NCBI RefSeq assembly: GCF_006345805.1 | Contig: NC_043002.1 | Span: 118,482,001 to 118,546,000, forward strand | DNA: 64,000 nt | DNA from: Octopus sinensis | Taxonomy: Eukaryota | Direction of reading: 5' to 3' | In this document: one piece after another, positions 50,701-64,000 of the stretch | Layout: every line of letters begins with the position of its first letter | How positions within the stretch are numbered: position 1 is the first letter of the stretch | Position numbers and translations under genes: made by a program | The notes under the pieces: model-generated | What the model saw: only the letters and a program-made list of their open reading frames with translations | Databases searched by the model: none | Told to the model about the DNA's origin: nothing

Positions 50701-53700
50701 GTTCTTGCAAGTCTCACTGAAAATGCACTGAATTCTCCATAGTTCATTCTTTCCTGTTAATCTTCTGTCCTGTTTCGTTATCTTTGGGCTCGTCTAACTC
50801 AGGTGTTCTTAGTCTCTCATTCCCGGGCACCCCTCTGATTGCATGCATGTATGTCATTATTCAGTTTATTTCAAGATTTCTGGCCAATAGAGAAGGAGCC
50901 GGTTTCTAACCTAGATCCAAGGCTCGATTCATTGGAATTTCAACGACATCGACAAGGTATTTTAGCAGGTATGTGCATACATGTGCATACATGTGCAGTA
51001 TTTGAAGTCGGTGCATGTGCAGATTTGTGTTTTGTTTTATGCATGTATTCTCATGAATATAGTTGCATGTGTAGACATGCGCATATGTATGTATGTGTGT
51101 ATGTATGTATGTATGTATGTATGTGTGTGTGTGTGTGTAATTATACATATACACACAAGAATGCATATGTGTGTTTATGTATATACATACATTCACAAAC
51201 ACGCGCACAAACACACGTACACACATATTGTAATACTTCGTTCAGAAACAATGAATCTTCCGACAAGATATGAAAGGAAAATCGAAAAATGTAGCAATAT
51301 GGTTTCAAATTTTGGTACAATTTCGGGGGAAGGGATAAGTCGATTAAATCGACCTCATTATTCAACTGATACTTATTTTATCGACGTCGAAAGGGTGGAA
51401 GGCAAAGTCGACCTTGGCGGAATTTGAACTGAGACCGTGAAGATAGACGAAATGCTGCTAAGCATTTTGTCCGACATGCTAACGATTCTGCCATCTCACC
51501 GCAATAATAATAATAATAATAATAAAAAGAACATTTTAGGATATAACAAATATAGCTAAGGAATTTTATAATTTGATAAATTATTATATTTCCCCCCAGG
51601 ACATAAGTACAGTAAGATATTAAATAAAAACAGTGTTGAGGTTAGTTATTCAGCTTTGAAAATTTTGGTTGTTAAGCAGAGGTTATAATACTACAAAGCC
51701 GAATGAAACTGATAGGCAAATATCTAATCCACATCAATCATATAATTGTAGTATTCGTAAAAATTCCTACCAGATGGTAAATGTGTAGCAAAGTTAGTTA
51801 TATACAACGCAGTAGACAACAATAGTAAGATTGAATCAAAAGTAGAAACTGGGAAAAAAGAATTGACATTAAAAAAATGATACTATAAAGATAATAATTC
51901 ATTTGTCAACCCTATATAACTGCGCTTTGACTTCGTCTAATTTTAGATGGTTCTTACGTGAAACAAGTCTTCACTAAGTAAAAAATTACATAGTCGCTTA
52001 TGCATACCGCACAAGCCTTTATGAATAATATCCTTACATCAAAAAGTTGTGTGAACTTTGAGCGAGAAACTGGGTATTTCCTTCCAGCGCATTAATGATT
52101 TAATCAAAAGAACAGAACTTTAAGCACCTTGTGTTCATGTAGCTAAACATCTTTGTGTTTGTACCAGCTTTTATTATTTTCGGCCTGGTTCCGGAAAGAA
52201 GTTTATTTTGAATTAGCAATATTTTTCAGACGAGTGTTTCAAAAATGTTTTAAACAGCAAGAGAAATTCCATAAAAGAATCATTTTATAGCTGCATGCAA
52301 CTTTAAATTAAAAAGCTTGAAGGCGTTTAGAAAATGTTTGTATTACAAGAACCAGGAAGGAGATGGAGAAAGCGATCATGATAGAGTCGTTCTTATGAAT
52401 ATCATTCAGATGACATTTAAAAAAAGAATTGCGATAAGCTTTCCCCGATAGTTTTCATGATATTTTAAAATGTATGTAAACATTCGATGATTTAAGATGT
52501 CAACTGAAAGAGTGGAGAAACCTGAAGTGCTGGCATTTAAAGCAATTCAGTTAAAATTGATTAAAGAATACTCTACATTTACGCACTGAATTTGTAATTT
52601 ATTGCTTTTTGGAGAATCAACAGAAATTAAATTACACAAGTAATATGTACATATATCATACATGCATACATACACATACGTACATATACATACATACATT
52701 GTGTGTGTGGTGCGTATGTGCACGAAAGAAAAGAACTCAAAAGTGTTTAATGTTATTTTAAAATTTTATTTGTTTTTCTCTACATCTGTTTCCATAATAT
52801 CAATTTATGAAATGTGAAAATCAAAACAGTTACTGTTACAGATATAGCATGGAAAGAATTTAAGGCAATGATGTTATTTATACCATCGGGTTTTGATTTT
52901 AATATCCTCTTAACCTTTCGAAAATATCCTCTCTTGATTTTATCTTCCATTTGCTGTATACTTTATACCATCGACTTCCAAGGTTTTCAGATATTCATAT
53001 CCATCATCTGTATCAATCTCCCGTATCTTCTTGTTCAGTAAGTTTATCCCCTTACTTTCATAGCATCTCCCATTTTTTTTTCATCATAAAGGTTCCAGCC
53101 TTGAAAATACCAAAACTATTCTCATGCCAAATAATCTTACGATCCTGATAAGAGTATCCAATTCCCCCTCTGTCTTGGCATATAACTTTAGGTCATCCAT
53201 TAATAGCAAATGGTTAACTATCTTCTGGTCTTTACAGCCTTTTACTTTTATCATTTATAGGGATAGTGGAAGAAGAGCAATGACGCACAGTTAGAACGAT
53301 AAGCAATGACAAAAAGTTGGGACCTGAATCTATTCGGACTTGTTTAGGTACTTCTTAGCTGTTGGTTCCCTTTCCTAATTTCCCATACTTACTCATCATT
53401 TCAGTGATGTTTTTTTTCTTTCAGTTTTGAACAATTTGAACGTCACCAACACTCAAGGTTGCGGGTCTTTGACATCTGCTTTTAGTAATCGATTAACCCT
53501 ATTGCTAAACCTGCTTATCTTCTTTTTCAAGTTCTTATAATCACCGTTATAATTCGTTCCTCTTAAAATTCTCTGACAGTTTTTCTGCTCATTAGGTAGC
53601 AGATCTGTTTCTGTAACAGATCTGTTACAGATCTGTTCATATACACAACATCATTGTTAATAATTTCCATGGTAGTGGAAAATAAGTTATATAGTCTGAG

Positions 53701-56700
53701 ATCTCAGCACCTTTCTGTTCGAATATTTTCTAATAAGGGTTGTCCTACTTTTAGTTATCCAATTTGGGATATTACTACAAGTGTTTTAACGTTTTCAACC
53801 AATTAGCTGATTTGGAAGCTTATTTTACAATGAGCTGCGCAGGATTACTGTGTCAACTTGCTTTATTCTCCTTAGTTAGTTATCTATTTCGATCCACTTT
53901 CTTTCCTCGTTGTGAATTTCTTTCTTTCTTCATATGTCACTCCAAAACTTTCTACTTATCGTACATGTTTCTCTTCCCTCCAGTTTTTCAAACAATCTAT
54001 TCCGATAATTTTGAAACAATCTGTTCTGTTTAAACTGATCTATTCTATTCTCATATCACGTTACCTTAGCGACCTTTGCTGTTATTCTTTGCTTCGTTTC
54101 TTTAATTACAACATATATTCCTTTCTTTTCCTATTTTACATTGTATTTTTCTTTCTAGTGTTATATTGACTCTTTGTTTTCTTAGTGCACTCTCTTTAAG
54201 AAGTTGTTGCTGACTCACTTTACACCTCAAAGCTCTTGACACTATCTTTTATCCGTCTTCCTCACCAACCTATTGGTTTGTCCGTTCTTGGTTTACTTCT
54301 CTTCTGCTACGCTACCCCTTCGCAGCCTTGTATAGGTTATTTATCGCCCGGAGAGAAATTAATAGCATATATCTTATGATAGTGTAAATTTCTTTTGTTG
54401 TATTTTGATTTACCGTCTTTCTATCATATTCTCTAAGGTAGACAGGTTTCTCATTGCTATGTTCTTCAAGTTGGTCGAATATCTCGCCCAGTTATTCGAT
54501 TTCCTTGTCATTCTGGCTCTCCTGCCATATTTTCAATTATATTGTCTCTCTTTTTCCTCTAAGCCTTCTTCAATCTATTGTTTAACACTTCTCTGTCTGT
54601 ATTCCATCGTGCTCCACTCAGCTTTTCTATTTCCCGTTCAACTACCAATTTCAGAATCTTAGCCGTTATGCTTTTTTAGAACGTGCCTCGCTTGTAAGTT
54701 TCTGTTCTGTTTCTGGTTCCATACCCTCTCTAAATTGGTTTGCTCATAAAGTAACTCGCCTCAACTCTTGAGAATCTTTCTTCGGATTCTTGCAGAATAC
54801 AGGCGGCTATTTTTTCTGCAGGTCGACAATGCTAGTCTCAATTACAATATCCTTCAGCTACTTAAGTGCATCAATTATCATCATTGTTATCTTTATTATA
54901 TAATTGTTCAACATTTGATAGTTTCAGGCAAATGTCTACAGCACCTCCGTGTTGCTGGGTTATGTTCAACATTGTGTGTTCTTTTCTGTTGCTGGGAGTG
55001 TGAAAGCTCTTCCCGGCATTGTATTGCGTTAGTATTTTTTCTCTTCAGGTGTGGTGCAGTTTTTTGTTGTATTACCGCTTGTATTGTGTATTGAGTGTGT
55101 AATGCGTTGGTTACCTGGAATTCTGGTGGAAGTTTATTTCACTGGATAATTGCTGTGTTGAGTGTATCTTGTGTTTGTGGATTGTTTTGTTTAGGTTGTA
55201 TTATTGAATGGATAGTGTTTTGCATAAGATGTGGGCAGTTCCAAGCAGGGCTATTTTTTGGATAGTGCGTATGTTTGAGGATCCAGGTATAGCTTCTACA
55301 TTTTTCTTCATAGGTTTTTTATCATGCCCAATGCTCAAATTATTATTAGTATTGTTTTCACCTTCATGCCCCACATCTTGACTGCTTCAATTTCGAGGTC
55401 TTTGTACTTTGATAATTTCTCCACTTCCTTTTGGACAATATTTTGATCAGAAGTGACTGCAATGTCTATCAGTAAGCAGGCGTTTTGTTCCCAATCTTTG
55501 ATCATTATGCCTGGGATATTAGCTTTTATTTCTTTGTCGGTTTGAACCGGCATATCCCAGATGAGTGTGGCCTGGTCGTTGTCTTGTACCTTGTTTGTCA
55601 CATGTTTATATCACCTATTGTCAGTTTTAATATTGCCCAGTGGATATAACTATTTACTCAGTAGTGTCTATGTATAAATTCAGATTTGGTAAGGACTGGG
55701 CAGCCAGAGATGATGTGGTCAACTGTCTTTTTGTGCTGGTTGCACATTCTGCATTTGGTGTTGGGGCCCGTTTTATTAGTAAAATTATTGTTTTAATTCT
55801 CAGAGCGCTCGATCTCGTTTGTTCTGGTAGATTCTGTGAGAGCAGACAACAGCCTGCTGTTAGAGGTCTCACGGGGTCTATTTCCGCTCATTATAAGCTT
55901 TGATACTTGACTGTTAATTTTCGTGAGAGACATTCACCATCCAAGTACCAATCTCAAAATTCTAGCTGTCCCCAGCAGAACAGTTTTTTGGACTTGCTCT
56001 GCTCTCATATCAATTTCAATTTCTTTGACATATTTCTCGAACTTGGTTGTTTGTACCCCAACAACTACTGGAAGGACAGATATTTTCCTCATAATCTACA
56101 TTCTAGCAATTTCATCCTTTAGTAGTCTGTACTTTTCAATCTTTTCTAGTTCTTTGTCATTTACGAGTGGATCCCTAGGTATTGCATATCAATAATCTTG
56201 GCTTCCTTTCTCCCTTTATCTACCACAACAATATCTGATCATCGAACCTCAATTAGGGAGTCACATTAGATTGTAAAGTCCCACAGTATCGTATATTCTT
56301 TGTTCTCAGTGACTCCTTCTCGTTCATGTTCGTACCATTTTCGTGCTCTGTTCAGGCCGTACACAGCTTCCAGTGAACGAACTTAGTCATGTTATCATGC
56401 CTCCTTTTGTAGTACCTCTGGGCTAGCTTGACAATAAGTGATATTATTTCGTTTCTGCTGCCAGATATCCCACAAAAGGGCGATTCGCTACTCTCATCTA
56501 TTTGGAACTCGGTGTGATTGGTCCTCAGAGCTTGTTCCTGGCCGCTGCATATCAATGCCTCAGTGCATCCTTTCAAGTCACATTTTCTTAACCAGCTCCA
56601 AGTGTTGATCTTGTCCTTTCCTTCAATTTCTCTCAGGTATTACCCATGCAGTGAATTCATTTTCCAATTGTTTACTCTTTCTTAATCTTGTCTCTTAAAT

Positions 56701-57028
56701 TTTTGTGGGCGAATCACATTTTCGGTAAGTACTGTATTTCGCCCGCCTTTACGTTCCGAGTCAAATTTGCTTTTCATCTTTTTGTGATCGATAAATTAAG
56801 TACCAGCGAAACTCTGGGGTCGATGTAATCGACTTAACCTCTCCCCGCAAATTTCAGGCCTTGTGTCTTTAGTAGAAATTATTATTATTATAGGGCACAG
56901 AAAGTGTGTCAAGCTGGAGGAGATGTCTTCCTGGGGCTACAAGCTACAGTTGCATCAATCCTTAAGGGTTAGCCACATTTAGATGACAAATATACTTCAC
57001 GATAATAATAATAATGATGATGATGATG

Positions 57029-57145
<117 letters not shown>

Positions 57146-57147
57146 GA

Positions 57148-57603
57148 GTGAGAGAGCAGTTCATGCCATCAAAGTGACACTGGGGTAAAATATACGAAGC
57201 CCAATATACCCATCATGACTACCCGTCTGATAAGGGTACACCAGGCACATGCATCACAACCATATGTGCGCGACATGGTGATCTCATATCAAGATAAACA
57301 GCAAATGACCTTGCAGGTGGGGCCCAGTTAGAATTTTCTTCAGATCGAGTAACTCATCCCGCTCAAAAGGTCCCTGAATAAGGGTTGTTTAAGGATGTTG
57401 AAAGAATCACCCATGTTTCCAGAGGTGAACTATTCAAACCCCAAAGAATCCCTATCAACACATGGCTATGATACTCCCCCACTACTTCTGCTCGTGATCA
57501 GAGATGCACATATCGTCAGCCACTAAGGGACATGCTCAATTGGTTAAGGTCAAACAACTGACAAGCAAATCTGTGGTATTGAGCAGAATATTTGCTGTAG
57601 CCC
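57148..57603 (-). mobile_element. Non-LTR 3'-end-like insert within (TAA)n
   Basis: 456-bp higher-GC block bounded on both sides by (ATT)n. Confidence 0.5.
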
Positions 57604-57631
57604 TATTATTATTATTATTATCAATATTCAA

Positions 57632-57864
57632 AAGCGACTAGCTGGCAGAATCGTTAGCACGCCGAGCGAAATGCGTAGCCGTATTTCGTCTGCCGTTACG
57701 TCCTGAGTTCAAATTCCGCCGAGGTCGACTTTGCCTTTCATCCTTTCGAGGTCAATTAAATAAGTACCAGTTATGCCCTGAGGTCGATGTAATCGACTTA
57801 TTTCTTTTGTCTGTCCTTGTTTGTCCCCTCTATGTTTAGACCCCCGTGGGCAATAAATAAACAA

Positions 57865-57899
<35 letters not shown>

Positions 57900-58275
57900 T
57901 AATAATAATAATAGTTTTTAAGGAAGCTGACAAATACAAACAAGAAATCATACCACCTAACAAATATGAAGAAGAAGAAGAAGAAGAAGAGAAGAAGAAG
58001 AAGAGAAGAAGAAGAAGAAGAAGAAGAAGAATTACGTACTGGGGTCGATGTAATCGACTTAATCCGTTTTCTGTCCTTGTTTGTCCACTCTGTGTTTAGC
58101 CCCTTGTGTGTAGTAAAGAAATAGGTATTTCGTCTGTCTTTACGTTCTAAGTTAAAATTCCGCCGACTTTGCCTTTCATCTTTTCGGGGTCGATAAATTA
58201 AGTGCCAGTTGCGTACTGGAGTCGATCTAATCGACTGGCCCTTCCCACAAAATTTCGGGCCTTGTGCCTATAGTA
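57632..58275 (+). mobile_element. tRNA-derived SINEs (57632-57865 plus partial copies to 58275)
   Basis: GCTGGCAGAATCGTTAG head, B box GAGTTCAAATTCC. Confidence 0.8.
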
Positions 58276-59359
58276 GGAATTATTATTCAAAAGTTGTTAC
58301 GTGCTTTCACCTTTTACCTTTGATTTGTTTCAGTCATTGAACTGTGACCAATTTGGGGAACCGCTTTAAAGGGTTTAGTCGAACAAATCGATCCTAGTAC
58401 TTATTTTTTCAAATACTGAGCTTATTCTATCGCCTGTTTTGTCGAACTGCAAAGTTACAAGAATGTAAAGAAACTAACACCGGCTACCAAGCGGTGATAA
58501 GCTTCTTTACATCCTCGTAACTTATCTTAGGACTTTTTTCTAATATTTTTCAGTTTCTTAAGTAGTAGTTTGGATGTTATGCACCAATTATCACAGGAAC
58601 AATTGTTACCTTTAAATTGCCCAACCTCTTTAACACTGGCTAGTTTCTGATATTTCTAAACTTACTCAATTTCTCTATAGTGTTGCAAAGTATATTATCT
58701 TGCGCTGTCTTTTTATAGTCTGCGATCATATCTGGTCTCCTTGCTTCAGCAGTGCACTTATTCTCCTCTATACAGAAATCCCATAAAATCCTGTAATTAT
58801 CATTCCCTAATACAACATCCAACACATGTTAATACCATTTTTTTTGTCACTTTGAATCTGAAAACTTGGCTAACATCTTAATACCCTCTTTTAGTGACAC
58901 AATCATGCCTGCGCTTATACTCTTTGTGTGCTAGCTTACTGCATTCAATCAGGAGAGTAGTTTGGTCTCATTTTCCACAGATTCTTCGGTTACTCACTGA
59001 CCGAATTTTATCAATCTTTGTCGTTCAAGTTTCTTTCAATGGCTTGACTGAGCGGCAATAGTCAACAATTCAGTTTTCCTTTCATGTTTTCATCTGCCAC
59101 AACCAGTGTTCTTTACTCTTAACTTCCTGGTTTATTGGAATGTCTGTTCTATAATTCTCTTACTGCTTCAGTGGCATTTCGATATTTAGAATTGCAGACA
59201 ATATTCTTTCTTCACTGTACAAAACATGGTTTTTCCAAACTCAATATCACAGTACTGATAGCTTCTTCTGCATCTCTCTTCTTTCTTTCTTCTTTCTTTC
59301 TTACTAAGCAGAGCCTGTGTGTATTACTTCCAGAATGGTATGCGTTGTGGATCGTGCAT

Positions 59360-59367
59360 TGTTGTTA

Positions 59368-59414
<47 letters not shown>

Positions 59415-59534
59415 CTTCTTCTTCTTCTTCTTCTTCTTCTTCTTCTTCTTCTTCTTCTTCTCTTCTTCTCTTCTTCTCTTCTTCTTTCTTCTTCTTTCTT
59501 CTTCTTCTTCTTCATCTCATCTTTCTTCTCTTTT

Positions 59535-59568
<34 letters not shown>

Positions 59569-59679
59569 TTTCTTCTTTCTTCTTCTCCTCCTCCTCCTCC
59601 TTCTTCTTCTTCTTCTTCTTCTTCTTCTTCTTCTTCTTCTTCTTCTCCTTCTCCTTCTCCTCCATTTCTTCCTCTTCTC

Positions 59680-59710
<31 letters not shown>

Positions 59711-60061
59711 TTCTTCCTCCTCTTCTTCTTCTTCTTCTTCTTCTTCTTCTCCTTCTTTCTTTTCTTCTCTTCTTCTTCTTCTTCATCTTCTTCTTCTTCT
59801 TCTTCTTCTTCTTCTTTTCTTCTTCTTTCTTCTTCTTCTTCATCTCATCTTTCTTCTCTTTTTCTTCTTCTTCTTATTTTCTTCTTCTTCTCCTCTTTCT
59901 TCTCTCTTCTTCTTCTTCTTCTTCTTCTTCTTCTCTCTCTTTCTTCTCTTCTTCTTCTTCTCTCTTCTTCTTCTTCTTCTTCTTTCTTTTCTTCTTCTTC
60001 TTCTTCTTTCTTCTTCTTCTTCTTCTTTCTTCTTCCTTTTCTTCTCCTGCTTCTTCTTCTT

Positions 60062-60092
<31 letters not shown>

Positions 60093-60185
60093 TTCTTCTT
60101 CTTCTTCTTCTACTCCTGCTTCTTCTTCTTCTTCTTCTTCTTCTTCTTCTTCTTCTTCATTTCTTCTTCTTCTTCTTCTTCTTTT
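59360..60185. repeat. Compound (TTG)n/(TTC)n microsatellite, about 0.8 kb
   Basis: Directly visible. Confidence 0.95.
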
Positions 60186-60484
60186 GGGTTCTTAATATTA
60201 AAGTGAATTAGACATTTCCGATGCGCATGTAGAGTTCGCACATCTCACAAAATCGATACTCGAAGATGCCAGTGTTAGTAAAGATTGGGAATCGTCGCTA
60301 TCTCAATTCAGATTTTACCAGGTTTATCTGATATCCAGCTCCATAGGGTAATGTTTAACAAAGTGTGTGTGTGTGTGTGTGTGTTCACTCGCGCGTATGT
60401 GCGTGCGTGTGTGCGTGTGTTGTGAGTGTGGGTCTGGGCGTGTGCGTGTATGTGTGTATATACATCTCAATATAACTATATGTC

Positions 60485-60531
<47 letters not shown>

Positions 60532-60546
60532 GCCTGCCTGTCTGCC

Positions 60547-60577
<31 letters not shown>

Positions 60578-60634
60578 TGTCTGTCTGTCTGTCTGTTGTC
60601 TGTCTATCTATCTATGTATCTATCTATCTATCTA

Positions 60635-61904
60635 CCCGTTAAAAGGAGGGCTGGGCATGCCGTGGTTGATGATGCGCAGACACGCGCTGAGACTGCGACA
60701 TCTCTATGTAGACGATGGTGAACAGGTGTGGTCGCCGTTTGTGAGGCACGCTTTCCCGCAGCTCGTTTCCATGACCGAACTGCAGTCGTGGATCAAAAAG
60801 AGGCCGAGGAAGGGCGAATGGCACCGCGAGTGTCGCGTTGCTCTCAAGCAACTCTGCCGTCCTGGGTCGACCTTGAGTGACTTCAACACAACCAAAGCAT
60901 TCTATAGGGGTTTAGTGGAGGGGAGGTACGACGACGAGCTCGGGGCGAACCTGGACGTCGACGAGGAGTACCTGACCCGCCTGTTCAGGACGACTTTCGG
61001 GCCAGGGCCCATGGACAACTTCCAGAGATCCCTGGCCTGGCAGTGCTACCGAGAAGCGCTACCCGTTCGGGATAAGCTCTACAGTCACGGCTCGAGAAAC
61101 ACGGGGCCGACCTGCCCGAGATGCGGTCAGAGCGACGAAACCGTTCTGCACGCACTCGTTCAGTGTCCAACAATTTCCGACCTGTGGGCTTATGTCGAAC
61201 AACTGCTGTCACGTGTGGGACGAGTCGGTTTATCAGCTGAGTCTATCGTCAATATTGTCACGCCTCCTTCCTTCAAACGTGAAGGAAGAGCTATTTTCAT
61301 CATCCTTGTGGCTATGGCGAAAGAATGTATCTGGTGGACGCGTCTGAAAGGATTGGAGACAAACACTTTCCTCTCTGGTCAATCTCTCATCAACTTCTTC
61401 AAGTACCAGTTGAAAAGGAAAGTGAGAGTAGAGAGGCAAGTTTTGTCTAGCGAATGTTTTAAAAAAAGATGGGTGAATGTAGCAAGAATGGCACGTATGA
61501 ATGACGAAGCCACCTTGAACATGATCCTATGAACCCAGAAATTGAAAACAGAGAGTTGCTTATTCGCAAAAAAAAAAAAAAAAAAATATAACATGTGACT
61601 CCATTGACCGAGGTTACCGTGGTCTTTTCCGTAGGCTTTTCTTTCCACGGGTAAACCTCACCTGTCCTCCCCTTTACACTTCATATTGACATTTCTGTGA
61701 TAATGATCCCTATTGATCAATTTTTTTTTTTTGCTCTCCCCCCTTTTTTTTAACCCCCTTTTTTTTGTCCTCTTTCTCTCCTTTTACGATCCCTTTTGAT
61801 CGAAACTCCCCCTTCCTTTTTTTTTTTTTAAACCTTCAAAAGAAAAGCTCTACCTTGTAATTTGTTCTATCTGTGTGCAGCCCTGTGTGGCTAATAAAGA
61901 AACA
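60635..61904 (+). mobile_element. 5'-truncated Tx1-clade LINE (ORF2 C-terminus with zf-RVT, stop at 61532, U-rich 3' UTR)
   Basis: About 298 uninterrupted codons, [43 protein letters not shown]; AATAAA at about 61893. Confidence 0.88.
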
Positions 61905-62471
<567 letters not shown>

Positions 62472-62864
62472 ACACAACAAAAACTTTGAAAAACAAATAT
62501 GTGTATATTTTAGTACGTTGAGCAGGGTCACCGGAAAGCACGGTATTGCTTGTTAGTAAGGGTAAAGCTATTTGATGTAAATTTTGAGTAATTTACTCTA
62601 CTCAAATTTTAAACAAAATCAAATAAATTATTTAACTAAAAATTCTAAAATTTTGGCAAAGATATGCCATATTCATTGTTCTAAGGAGTTAATGGATTTT
62701 AGAGATTCTTTCGAACTTTATTCTTTCTTTCAAGATTGAAGCTCTGCCGATTTCGAGGAATCACAACTTGTATGCAGACAGCATGTGGCAGGCGAAAACG
62801 TCGGTGCTGTACTTCTTTCAGTGGTTCAACAAAACAGTTTTGGAAATTTCCTCTGTCCACATAT

Positions 62865-63095
62865 GTGGAGGCGCGTGGCTTAGTGGTTAGGGTGTCAGCA
62901 CCATGATCGTAAGATTGTGGTCTCGATTCCTGGACCGGGCAACGCGTTGTATTCTTGAGCAAAACACTTCATTTCACGTTGCTACAGTCCATTCAGCTGG
63001 CAAAAATGAGTAACGCTGCGATAGCTTGGGAACACAGAAACCGGGAAATCGGGAAACCGGGCCCATGAGCCTGGCTAGGCTTTAAAAGGGTGCAT
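62865..63095 (+). mobile_element. tRNA-derived SINE
   Basis: GGAGGCGCGTGGCTTAGTGG head; same tail as 46223. Confidence 0.85.
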
Positions 63096-63122
63096 TTATT
63101 TATTATATATATATATATATAG

Positions 63123-63180
<58 letters not shown>

Positions 63181-63281
63181 ATATATATGTGTGCGTGTGT
63201 GTGTGTTTTCTGCGATAATTTTATAAGCGGTGCCGAAATTTACAATTCTGCAAATAGTAATATTTTTTATAAGCTTAAAAC

Positions 63282-63419
63282 TTATAAGTGATCATCGTGT
63301 CTTGACTAAAGAAATAGTCTAATATTGGGGCATATACGCCACTTTTTTTTTCCGTTGAGGGTTTATATATCCCAATATTAGATTATTTTCTTTAGTCAAT
63401 ACATGGTGATCACTTATAA
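63282..63419. repeat. Imperfect fold-back (about 55-bp arms)
   Basis: TTATAAGTGATCA..TTGACTAAAGAAA..CTAATATTGGG versus CCCAATATTAG..TTTCTTTAGTCAA..TGATCACTTATAA. Confidence 0.75.
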
Positions 63420-64000
63420 CAGTGGTTCTTAACCTTTTTACTACCACGCTTCCCCTAGAAATTTGTCCTTCTCTCCACGCCCCCCTTGCATCTATGAATA
63501 AAATTCCCACTCAGATCTTAAATAAAATCTAAAATATGTTTATAGTCTTTTTAGTGAATATGAATTAGTCACATTATTAGTGAGAAATTTGACACTGCTT
63601 CTTAGCTACAAGATCTTGAATGCAGGGTTGAATGCCAGTGAGTTCCTTTCAACGTTCAGTCTGCTTCTGTACTTTGTTTTGACAGCAACGAGCGTGGAAG
63701 ATGCAGCTTCACAAAGATACTTGGATTTAAACATAGCTAAAATCCGAAGAGCCTGATGTGAGATCAGAGGGTAAACAGGAACCTTTCCAGAACGTTTCAA
63801 GATCCAGTTCTTTGAAGTCTTCCTCAGCTGGGGAGTTGAACTTCAGCTCAGGAAACTCCTCTTTGCACTTCATCTAAAACATCAGTCACTTCACACTGAA
63901 ATGGGTTCCAGATGAATTTCCAAGCTTCACTATTTTCATTTGTATCTAAGAAGTATCTGATGAATTCTGTTTTCAAGTTAGATGAGTGATTATGTTTCTT
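63420..64000 (-). mobile_element. hAT (Buster/Charlie-like) transposon 3' end
   Basis: TIR CAGTGGTTCTTAACC at 63420; ORF 63606-63800 YPLISHQALRILAMF..YLCEA..KTKYRSRLNVE (hAT dimerization region). Confidence 0.8.

Noticed and set aside
51500-52600. Possible decayed DNA-transposase-like stretch
   Set aside because: No recognisable motif or sustained reading frame.
59135-60211. Long 290-360 aa ORFs (poly-F/L/S)
   Set aside because: Translations of TTC/TTG microsatellite; no stops simply because of repeat composition.
60635-61532. Higher-GC open frame as possible bacterial or horizontally transferred gene
   Set aside because: The zf-RVT motif and 3' UTR identify it as Tx1 LINE ORF2.

Overview
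AT-rich, microsatellite-laden eukaryotic DNA. The repeat families suggest a coleoid cephalopod, probably Octopus; this is inference from recognition, not a search. The only host coding sequence I can support is the terminal exon of TM2D2 (42451-42575, + strand). I found none of its upstream exons in the preceding 42 kb. The rest is mostly transposable elements: RTE-clade LINEs (one near-full copy, many 3' ends), BovB-like RTE, CR1, Tx1, R4/Dong-like and HERO-like LINE relics, several tRNA-derived SINE families, hAT and mariner relics, non-autonomous Helitrons and Penelope-like element (PLE) relics. The most notable signal is missed by the ORF track. Seven minimal type-I hammerhead-ribozyme loci lie between 3.9 and 38.7 kb. 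Two have a fully intact catalytic core (10650-10733 and 15944-16034, both minus strand). Most sit in head-to-head fold-back PLE termini flanked by (TA)n, and one is at the 3' end of a recognisable PLE RT/GIY-YIG relic. All coordinates and pairings were read by eye; ribozyme activity is untested.
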